A DNA stretch of 64,000 nucleotides from Octopus vulgaris (taxonomy: Eukaryota): NCBI GenBank assembly GCA_951406725.2, contig OX597842.1, positions 16,368,001-16,432,000 of the forward strand, given 5' to 3'. The notes beneath the pieces were generated by a model. It saw nothing but the letters and a program-made list of their open reading frames with translations. It ran no database searches and had not been told where the DNA came from. Numbering within the stretch: the stretch's first letter is position 1; each line of letters opens with the position of its first letter. The position numbers and the translations under genes are program-made. Of this stretch, positions 14,200 through 25,039 are shown in pieces.

Positions 14200-14852
14200 A
14201 TCCGAAAGGATGAAAGGCAAAGTCGACCTCGGCGGAATTTGAACTCAGAACGTAACGGCAGACGAAATACCTATTTCTTTACTACCCACAAGGGGCTAAA
14301 CACAGAGGAGACAAACAAGGACAGACAAACGGATTAAGTCGATTATATCGACCCCAGTGCATAACTGGTACATATTTTATGGACCTCGGAAGGATGAAAG
14401 GCAAAGTCGACATCGGTGGAATTTGAAACCAGAATCTAACGGCAGACGAAATACCTATTTCTTTACTGCCCACAAGAGGCTAAACACAGACGGGACAAAC
14501 AAGGACAGAAAAGCGGATTAAGTCGATTATATCGAGCCCAGTGCGTAACTGGTACTTAATTTATCGACCCTGAAAGGATGAAAGGAATTTGAACTCAGAA
14601 CGTAACGGCAGACGAAATACCTATTTCTTTAGTACCCACAAGGGGCTAAACACAGAGGGAACAAGCAAGGACAGACAAACATATTAAGTCGATTATATCG
14701 AGCCCAGTGCGTAACTGGTACTTATTTAATGGGCCCCGAAAGGATGAAAGGCAAAGTCGACCTCGGCGGAATTTGAACCCAGAACGTAACGGCAGACGAA
14801 ATACTGCTAAGCATTTCGCCCGGCGTGCTAACGTTTCTGCCAGCTCGCCACA
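14200..14852 (-). mobile_element. Second tRNA-SINE family with its body tandemly repeated ~3.5 times (~170-185 bp unit)
   Basis: Head at ~14850 (reverse strand ggcgagctggcagaaacgttagcacgccgggcgaaatg); repeated gaaaggatgaaaggcaaagtcgac core. Confidence 0.7.
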
Positions 14853-15546
14853 TTAATAAAAGCGAAATTCCCATGTGCCTGTGACCCCTGTCCCTCAGTC
14901 TACATAGACATATTCTACCTTTTTGGAATCAGGATGATCCCAGGATTGAAACTCTGCTCTACATTTGGTTCTTGACGATCCAGCATTGGGATCTGGCTTA
15001 AAACCATTTTGGCTGCTATTTCTAGCAGGTAAAGCCACAGTGTGAGGTACAAGAGTTACGTCCCTTAGCTTAAGGTGTTACTGAGGAATTTTGTAGTTTT
15101 TTTCACTTTTTTCAGTTATTAGACTGCGGCCACGCTGGGGCACCGCATTGAAGAATTGTAATCTAAGAAATTGACACAAGTTATTTCTTACTTCTGTCTG
15201 GTAGATTTTATTGGCCTCTTATAGCGAACCGCTAAGTCACATGGAGATAAACGTAAACGACAGACATACACACAAAGCCACTATACACGCACGCACACAC
15301 ACACACATACATACATACATACGTACATACATACGTATATACAGACGTACATATGTACATACATACATACATACATACATACGTAATACATGCATAATAC
15401 ATATATACATACATACATATATACATACATACATACGTACATATTTACGTACGTACATACATACACACATACACGTACATACATACATACATAATACATA
15501 CATACGTACGTACGTACATACATACCACATACATACACACAGAAAT

Positions 15547-15589
<43 letters not shown>

Positions 15590-15595
15590 TATATA

Positions 15596-16222
15596 TCATC
15601 ATCGTTTAACGTCCGTTTTCCATGCTAGCATGGGTTGGACGGTTCGACCGGGGTCTGGGAAGCCAGGAGGCTGGCAACGGCCACGATCGAATGGTGTTTT
15701 TTATGTGCCCCCAGCACGGAAGCCAGTCAAGACGGCGGTGGCATCAGTCACGTTGAGATGGTGTTTTGAAAGTGCCATTGGCGCGGGTATCAGAACTACA
15801 ATTTCCATTTGATGTTGATGTACTTGACTCAATAGGTCTCCTCAAGCACAGCAGGTCACCCTACGATCCAAGGTAACCACAGCAGGCCGTCCTGCGATCC
15901 AAGGTATTTCCGATGGGTTGGGGCTGTTATGTGAAGCTGCTGCAGGAAACAGCCTCACGTTATTTGTCGGGTCATCGCAGTTACAGCATATCTCCAGATG
16001 TCTCGGTCTTTCGTCATTGCCTCTGTGAGGCCCAACGCTCGAAGGTCATGCTTGATCACCTCATTCCATGTCTTCCTGGGTCTACCTCTACCCCGGATTC
16101 CTTCAACTGTTTGGGAGTGGCACTTTTTCGCACATCTCTTCTCATCCATCCGGAGAACATGACTATACCAGCGCAAACATCTTTCTTGCCTGCCACATCC
16201 GATGCTTGTTATGTCCAGCATT

Positions 16223-16228
<6 letters not shown>
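15596..16228 (-). mobile_element. 5'-truncated RTE LINE 3' end
   Basis: LRWYSHVLRMDE...GRGRPRKTWNEVIKHDLR, plus a 3'UTR shared with 47395-47740. Confidence 0.8.
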
Positions 16229-16266
<38 letters not shown>

Positions 16267-16385
16267 ACAATCAAGGAACGGCCATAATAGGCCATTCACC
16301 CACTAGAAATAACAGCCAAAGCTTCAACCGCAAATAAAGATTAATTCCGTAAACAGGAGAAAATTTAAAAAACATTTACCCTGTA

Positions 16386-16492
16386 ATTTCTTGTACGATG
16401 TACCGTTTCATCTGCTGTTTAATGGTAAACTAACCTGATTAAATTAAATCAAGCCAATCTTCCATAGGCCCTCAGATTCTTCAGCAAGAAAT
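16386..16492 (-). ncRNA. Type I hammerhead ribozyme (inverted copy)
   Basis: Reverse complement of the 16931-17037 ribozyme. Confidence 0.8.
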
Positions 16493-16930
16493 AGCCAAGT
16501 CGGAACAGATATTTTCACGAGGCATTTCCGACCCTGCCAAGGCAATATCTGACCTAAAATTTTCAAATCGTCGCACTGTTTACGGAATTAATCTTTATTT
16601 GCGGTTGAAGCTTTGGCTGTTATTTCTAGTGGGTGAATGGCCTATTATGGCCGTTCCTTGATTGTTGATGTTGAACTTAAAAATGGTCTGTGACTATTTA
16701 ATTTTTTCCCACTAGGCCGCTGGTGGCAAAAGGAATTCTACAAAATTTTTTTTGCCACCCTATATTGATTAATTATGGATTTTCTGGTTAATTCCGTAAT
16801 GGAATCGGCGGCTTATATTTATTTGCTGCCGATAAATTTGGCGCGAGTGCGACGATTTGAAAATTTTAGGTCAGATATTGCCTTGGCAGGGTCGGAAATG
16901 CCTCGTGAAAATATCTGTTCCGACTTGGCT

Positions 16931-17037
16931 ATTTCTTGCTGAAGAATCTGAGGGCCTATGGAAGATTGGCTTGATTTAATTTAATCAGGTTAGTTTACCA
17001 TTAAACAGCAGATGAAACGGTACATCGTACAAGAAAT
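16931..17037 (+). ncRNA. Type I hammerhead ribozyme, copy 1 (predicted cleavage after GUA at 17029)
   Basis: Stem I AUUUCUUG/CAAGAAAU; core CUGAAGA; stem II AUCUG/CAGAU with a long capped extension; GAAA; stem III ACGGU/AUCGU with a GUAC palindrome; GUA triplet. Confidence 0.85.
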
Positions 17038-17421
17038 TACAGGGTAAATGTTTTTTAAATTTTCTCCTGTTTACGGAATTAATCTTTATTTGCGGTTGAA
17101 GCTTTGGCTGTTATTTCTAGTGGGTGAATGGCCTATTATGGCCGTTCCTTGATTGTTGATGTTGAACTTAAAAATGGTCTGTGACTATTTAATTTTTTCC
17201 CACTAGGCCGCTGGTGGCAAAAGGAATTCTACAAAATTTTTTTTGCCACCCTATATTGATTAATTATGGATTTTCTGGTTAATTCCGTAATGGAATCGGC
17301 GGCTTATATTTATTTGCTGCCGATAAATTTGGCGCGAGTGCGACGATTTGAAAATTTTAGGTCAGATATTGCCTTGGCAGGGTCGGAAATGCCTCGTGAA
17401 AATATCTGTTCCGACTTGGCT

Positions 17422-17528
17422 ATTTCTTGCTGAAGAATCTGAGGGCCTATGGAAGATTGGCTTGATTTAATTTAATCAGGTTAGTTTACCATTAAACAGC
17501 AGATGAAACGGTACATCGTACAAGAAAT
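17422..17528 (+). ncRNA. Type I hammerhead ribozyme, copy 2 (cleavage after 17520)
   Basis: Same sequence as copy 1. Confidence 0.85.
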
Positions 17529-17911
17529 TACAGGGTAAATGTTTTTTAAATTTTCTCCTGTTTACGGAATTAATCTTTATTTGCGGTTGAAGCTTTGGCT
17601 GTTATTTCTAGTGGGTGAATGGCCTATTATGGCCGTTCCTTGATTGTTGATGTTGAACTTAAAAATGGTCTGTGACTATTTAATTTTTTCCCACTAGGCC
17701 GCTGGTGGCAAAAGGAATTCTACAAAATTTTTTTGCCACCCTATATTGATTAATTATGGATTTTCTGGTTAATTCCGTAATGGAATCGGCGGCTTATATT
17801 TATTTGCTGCCGATAAATTTGGCGCGAGTGCGACGATTTGAAAATTTTAGGTCAGATATTGCCTTGGCAGGGTCGGAAATGCCTCGTGAAAATATCTGTT
17901 CCGACTTGGCT

Positions 17912-18018
17912 ATTTCTTGCTGAAGAATCTGAGGGCCTATGGAAGATTGGCTTGATTTAATTTAATCAGGTTAGTTTACCATTAAACAGCAGATGAAACG
18001 GTACATCGTACAAGAAAT
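17912..18018 (+). ncRNA. Type I hammerhead ribozyme, copy 3 (cleavage after 18010)
   Basis: Same sequence as copy 1. Confidence 0.85.
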
Positions 18019-18401
18019 TACAGGGTAAATGTTTTTAAATTTTCTCCTGTTTACGGAATTAATCTTTATTTGCGGTTGAAGCTTTGGCTGTTATTTCTAG
18101 TGGGTGAATGGCCTATTATGGCCGTTCCTTGATTGTTGATGTTGAACTTAAAAATGGTCTGTGACTATTTAATTTTTTCCCACTAGGCCGCTGGTGGCAA
18201 AAGGAATTCTACAAAATTTTTTTTGGCACCCTATATTGATTAATTATGGATTTTCTGGTTAATTCCGTATTGGAATCGGCGGCTTATATTTATTTGCTGC
18301 CGATAAATTTGGCGCGAGTGCGACGATTTGAAAATTTTAGGTCAGATATTGCCTTGGCAGGGTCGGAAATGCCTCGTGAAAATATCTGTTCCGACTTGGC
18401 T

Positions 18402-18508
18402 ATTTCTTGTTGAAGAATCTGTGGGCCTATGGAAGATTGGCTTGATTTAATTTAATCAGGTTAGTTTACCATTAAACAGCAGATGAAACGGTACATCGTA
18501 CAAGAAAT
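18402..18508 (+). ncRNA. Hammerhead copy 4 with core variant UUGAAGA (C3U)
   Basis: T instead of C at 18410; stems otherwise intact. Confidence 0.7.
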
Positions 18509-18893
18509 TACAGGGTAAATGTTTTTTAAATTTTCTCCTGTATACGGAATTAATCTTTATTTGCTGTTGAAGCTTTGGCTGTTATTTCTAGTGGGTGAAT
18601 GGCCTATTATGGCCGTTCCTTGATTGTTGATGTTGAACTTAAAAATGGTCTGTGACTATTTAATCTTTTCCCACTAGGCCGCTGGTGGCAAAAGGAATTC
18701 TACGAAATTTTTTTTTGCCACCCTATATTGATTAATTATGGATTTTCTGGTTAATTCCGTAATGGAATCGGCGGCTTATATTTATTTGCTGCCGATAAAT
18801 TTGGCGCGAGTGCGACGATTTGAAAATTTTAGGTCAGATATTGCCTTGGCAGGGTCGGAAATGCCTCGTGAAAATATCTGTTCCGACTTGGCT

Positions 18894-19000
18894 ATTTCTT
18901 GCTGAAGAATCTGAGGGCCTATGGAAGATTGGCTTGATTTAATTTAATCAGGTTAGTTTACCATTAAACAGCAGATGAAACGGTACATCGTACAAGAAAT
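18894..19000 (+). ncRNA. Type I hammerhead ribozyme, copy 5 (cleavage after 18992)
   Basis: Same sequence as copy 1. Confidence 0.85.
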
Positions 19001-19222
19001 TACAGGGTAAATGTTTTTTAAATTTTCTCCTGTTTACGGAATTAATCTTTATTTGCGGTTGAAGCTTTGGCTGTTATTTCTAGCGGGTGAATGGCCTATT
19101 ATGGCCGTTCCTTGATTGTTGATGTTGAACTTAAAAATGGTCTGTGACTATTTAATTTTTTCCCACTAGGCCGCTGGTGGCAAAAGGAATTCTACAAATT
19201 TTTTTTTGCCACCCTATATTGA

Positions 19223-19328
<106 letters not shown>

Positions 19329-19613
19329 TTATTTTTATTTTATCTAGTTTCATCTCACGAGCTGTGGCCATGCTGGGGCACCGAAATTATATATATATAT
19401 ATTTGTTGAAATGGAAAGATGAATTATCTTGTTACAGATTATTTAAAAGTTTAACCGATACCTGGGTAGCAAAAATCACAGCAGAAAAAACATGGTTGGA
19501 GTTATGACCATAGGGTGTTGCAACCGTGCGTTGGTGCGGGTAATTGAAGTTTAATATAATTAGTGAATGGAAGAAATGGAGTTGAACGAAGACTGTACAG
19601 AATTCCTTTTATT

Positions 19614-19700
19614 ACATTCTACACATGTTTCAAAGGCCACAATTTTCCAAATTCTGATTGAATAAGGATACCATATTGCAGCTTTCTCTTCAGGAAAATC
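19614..19700 (-). ncRNA. Minimal Penelope-type hammerhead ribozyme, separate family
   Basis: Reverse strand: auuuuc CUGAAGA gaaagcugcaau...auuguggccuuu GAAAC AUGU GUA gaaugu, then AAUAAA; stem II pairs 11/12; stem I is weak. Confidence 0.6.
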
Positions 19701-20467
19701 CAGGAATTACGATGTCCAAACAAAAACAAAGGCGCAGCAAGCAATTCGAACAATAACGCTCCTTAAGAGCCCATGTATTGGGGCAAACTGTTTCTCAATA
19801 TACGTTGAAATCGGGGGGTTGGTGGAGGCCGACAAAAAGGTCCGTTGGAATAAATCAAGGTCAGGCCACGGTCAAATCTAGTAGGTGAGGAATTAATGAA
19901 AACAAGGGGTGTGAAGATATTCTGTGTAACCAAAATTAAAGCTCTGAATATTTTAAGAATTCAGGGTGTATTATTTAGGTGCGAGACACTACCTACCTAC
20001 ATGCATGTGTGTGTATGCTAGCCTGTGTATGTGTGGGGCGCGAGATAGTGAGCACTGCTGAAAAAAGCCGGTCAGGCGGCTGAAATAATTCTGTGTTCGT
20101 GTGTCCGTCAGTGGCCTGCTTATCTAAATTAACCTCGCCAAAAATCAGGGGGGTATATAACTCCTGCCCTTGCTTCTAAAAACCGACCAATCGCCCAAGG
20201 GGAGTAATTTCCCATTGCAAAAATTGTTCAGAGATTTTTTTCAAAAAAATTTTTTCAAAATTTATTTCCTTTTATTAGGATATCAAGGTGTTAATTGTCT
20301 TAGGTATCATTTATATGTAAGAAACGTATGACGCCGCCAATGGGGACATCGAAAAGCAGTCTGTAAAAGCCCGTTTACCAAACGGCCTCTGGCGAACAAT
20401 ATGTGGAAAAGCTCAGAGTTACAAAGATTACATATCCTTTATTCCATTCACTAATTATATATATATT

Positions 20468-20638
<171 letters not shown>

Positions 20639-20852
20639 TCATCTCTCTGTCTATATATCTACCCTCTTTGTAATGTTGGAAAATGGAATAAGTATAAAAA
20701 TGAATATTGTCAATTTAATTTAAAATGTCCATATGTGGCTGAAGCGTGCTCTACATTTTAAAACTGACGTAATACTTACATTGTTTAATTAAATGAAGTA
20801 GCATGAAACGAGTAAACTACACTACCTTTGGATATCCTCGTTGCTTATATTG

Positions 20853-20892
<40 letters not shown>

Positions 20893-21302
20893 GACTCCGG
20901 CACTCGGGCTGAAACGAAAACAATTCGAGCTTATAAGCCCGAATATAAATGTAATAAGGTGGACGTGTATTTATAAGCTGATTTCATTTCTGCCAACACT
21001 GACTTCAAGTATGTAATTGCAGCCAATAACTCGTGCTCCTTTTATTGAGCCTGGTCGCTGTTGGTTTATTTTCGTTCACCGTCTGTGTCAAAATATCATT
21101 CGTAGCAGACGTTCTCTCGACATCGTTCACACGCGCCTGACTCGGTCTCAGAAGTTACATCCCGAGTTCTTATCAATAATCGTAAAAATTAAAATTAATT
21201 CAAATGCAATGTTTTCTTGAAACTATAAATTTTTAGAGAGATTAATATTTAAATTAAAATCCATGAAAAGTTTCCGTTCTGTAATATTCTTAAAGGAACG
21301 AA

Positions 21303-21718
21303 GGATCTTTTCGGTTTGAACGGCAGTTTTTTTCTAGCGGTGGCATATGAAATTGTCACCCATAGTTATGACCCTAGTATCGATCTATTGCATTTCAATC
21401 TGTTTTAGGGTTAGGGGTGAGGGAAGGGTATCTGTTTTTCTTCAGAAATGTAAATAAACCCAATCTGTTTCTTAAACGAGGGACATATTCATACGGCACA
21501 GAATGTTTTTTTTACCTCAATAGACGTCAATGATTGGTTGAAATTGCAGAAATTGAAGAAAAAAATAACAACAAATATCTTACATACTATAGAATTTTCT
21601 CAATAAAGCCAAGAGAAAAAGATGTTTTATAAACACATTCTATCAGTATACGAAGTTTAAAAGTGTTTAGTTACGTGGAAATTATTTTAAAAAACTGCCG
21701 TTCAAACAGAAAAGACCC
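21303..21718. mobile_element. MITE with ~29-bp TIRs and 8-bp TSD (Merlin- or hAT-like)
   Basis: TIR ggatcttttcggtttgaacggcagttttt; TSD GGAACGAA on both sides; second copy at 44488. Confidence 0.85.
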
Positions 21719-22185
21719 GGAACGAAAATTTATCCAGCAACTCGGGCTAATAGAAACGAGCCTGGAAGGTGTAAAAGAGAAACTGGCATCTCTTGTCAAG
21801 ATTACAAGCGACAGTCAGATCGCTGGTGTTTGCTTGTGCACTCTGCTGTCGTAATTTGATTGCTGTTATTCTGTGCATTTGTGCGCAAAAATCAGTTGTG
21901 TTTTGCAGGGTTGCTTTCTTGTAATCGTTAACTTAGAAACGGAGAAAGTCATAGCGTTAGATGTGAAAAAATAAGCCATTTGGGGCTAGAAATAAAGCGG
22001 GAAAACGTGAAATTCTTCGAGTAGAAAAATCTGTGATGAGCTGTGACACTGAATCGCCCCTGATCAATCAGAGTAACAGATTTTGTTGATTTTCTGCTGC
22101 TTAAAATAAAGCATATTACTCATGTGAGTACTCTTTTTCCACTGTTTCAATTTATGAGTTTACGCCTCTGATATATATATATATA

Positions 22186-22553
22186 CTAGCAGTATCGCCC
22201 GGCGTTGCTCAGGTTTGTAAGGAAATAACTATAAAGCATTTTTAGAGAGTTATAGCCAAAAAATAGCAAAAAATGGAAAAAAAATTATGGTAAATTTTTT
22301 TGAGAGTTAAAAATGGTGGAGTTGCGTCCCCTAGACGGTCTGTGGTTTGGGTTTCTAATTCTCGACCCCATATATATTGTTTTCAGAACTGGGGAACTTT
22401 TCAAAATTTTCGCTGCGTTAGTTTTGAATTATGACATTGGGCTATGTGTGTCAAGTTTCATCAGAATCGGTTGAAAGCCGTGGTCAGAGTGAGGGTACGA
22501 GAAAACAGACACACAGAAACACGCACAGACAAACTGCCGTTTATATAGAGAGA
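22186..22553 (-). mobile_element. Non-autonomous Helitron
   Basis: Reverse-complement copy of 45039-45420; 5' TC, 3' hairpin plus CTAG. Confidence 0.8.
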
Positions 22554-22623
22554 TATATATATTGTGTGTGTGTGTGTGTATCTGTATTCATGAACGTATG
22601 CGCGTGTATATATAAATAAATAA

Positions 22624-22683
<60 letters not shown>

Positions 22684-22694
22684 CCATAAAGACA

Positions 22695-23330
22695 CACCCG
22701 ATGGTTTTGATATCACGATGGGAAGATCTGCTTCAGCACAAGTAGCTGATTTGGTCTGAATATATATACTTTCTGAAATGGCAGACCAGTTCCCAAACAT
22801 CAACAGAGGTCTATATCGTGTTGATTGTTTACTTTACCTCAAAAATGTTTCTGACCAAAAAGTACAAAATGTTAAGAATACTTCAGTTAAGTTTTTTTTC
22901 CGTAGAATGGGTTTAGGCATTGTCTTTAGGATGATGTAACGAAAGCCAACTTAACTTACACAATAATTCTTACGTCCCATACCACAAGCCATCGACCAAC
23001 CTTAAGTATATTAGCCAATTAAATAATCATTCTAGGGCGATCACTAAGAACTTAGTTAAGAATATTTCATTTAGATTTTCTAAGTTCTCTGCGAATGTAG
23101 GCACTTTTAACGACAAGGCTCAATTTTGTACCCCTGCCTTACTTAAAGCAGTTTATACAGATAAAGTTATCTACATTGATTGCATTCAATCTTATTCTAC
23201 CTTTAGTAAGGGAGACATGAAATCTAGCTGTAAGGATATAAACGATATCAGTTTTAATTTATACACCAACACCAAACAGAGGAAGGGAGATAACCGTTAT
23301 TTAAACCCCTTTTTTCATTCTAAAGGTAAG
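22695..23330 (+). mobile_element. Penelope-like element RT remnant
   Basis: FDITMGRSASAQVADLV*IYILSEM...GLYRVDCL resembles the FDVTMGSYDGAE..ELVGLYIL...GLYRDDGL motifs of invertebrate PLE RTs. Confidence 0.7.
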
Positions 23331-23392
23331 TCGATGTCTTTCAAAGGTGGTTACACTAAAAATAAGGCACTAATAGCAAAACAATTTGGTTG

Positions 23393-23510
<118 letters not shown>

Positions 23511-23608
23511 TTTGCATATCGGAACTGAAATATTTCTGTCTGTGTGTACACATCATTGTATATATCTATCTATATAAACACATTCAAGCACATAAAAAGA
23601 CAGTCACG

Positions 23609-23640
<32 letters not shown>

Positions 23641-23779
23641 CGGGCACGCACACGCACACACACACAAACACACAGACATATATATATGTTTGTGTGTGTG
23701 TGTGTGTGTGTTTGAAATTAAAGTAGAACAAACGCCGAAATGTTACTCAATAAAAGTCAGAGAGCCAAACGATTTTTTG

Positions 23780-24049
23780 ATTAAAATAACCTTTTATTTA
23801 TTAATTAATATATTCAATTAATATAATGATCAGAGAAAGCTAAATTACGTTAATATAGTACTAAGATATAATTGAGATATTTGGATGAGGGGATAGTCTT
23901 TTCTGTAAACTTCATCGAAGATAACCTGGTAATAACTGGCGATGTAGGTCATACGGAGATAAATCAGGCGGGAGATGTCTTGCTAGGAATGTGACCGACA
24001 GATATTTCCTGCTGGGAATATTTTAAAATTCGTTAAAATTAGCCGATAC
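23780..24049 (-). other. Probable 3'UTR terminal exon of the EGF-repeat gene
   Basis: Strong acceptor tgtcttattttcAG at 24050 (reverse strand); AATAAA at 23793-23798; non-repetitive sequence. Confidence 0.5.
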
Positions 24050-24453
24050 CTGAAAATAAGACACAAATAAATAAATATAAGCAAAAATTTAAAAAATATG
24101 TAACAATATACAAAAATGTAAGAAGCGAACGCTATACTAATGGAGCATCCCACAAAAGGGTTTATTATAATCTTGCGTTCAGGAGGTCAAGATAAGAAAC
24201 GCTTATTTGAATAGTTCAGGGGTGGCGGGATATGTTACTGTTTCCTTTCCCTGGTAAACAGAATTTTCAGATCCTTCTGATGTTCAGCTAAGTCTGTTCT
24301 ACTCTGACAGACTCCACTTAATGTAATATTGTGCGGTGGGTTCTTTCAGGATCCATAAATATCTTGCCAAAGCAGTGGTGATGATATCTCTCCTGCATAT
24401 TACTTGAGAAGAAAATTTTAGTAGATATACTGAAACGTCAAAACTTAGAACCA

Positions 24454-24509
<56 letters not shown>

Positions 24510-24873
24510 GTGAAGGCGGTGAGATGGCAGAGTCATTAACACGCCGGGTAAAATGCTTGGCGACATTTTGCCCGTTCATTTAACGTACTGATTTCAAATT
24601 CCACCGAGGTCGACTTTTCCTTTCAGCCCTCCGCGGTCGATAAAATAAGTACCAGTCAAGGACGGACGAATCGTTAACACGCCGGACAAAATGCTTGGAG
24701 GCAATTCGACCGTATTAATGTTTTGGGTTAAAATCCCGCCGAGATCAACTTTGCCTTTCGTCCTTCGGGATCGATGAATTAAGAACTAGTTCTAGACTGG
24801 GGTCTATGTAATCCACTTCACCACCTCCTCCACAAAGTTCAAGCCTTGTTCCCATAGTAGAATGGCTTATTAC

Positions 24874-25039
<166 letters not shown>

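Noticed and set aside
21404-21416. TTAGGG telomeric repeat
   Set aside because: There are only two units, internal to a MITE.
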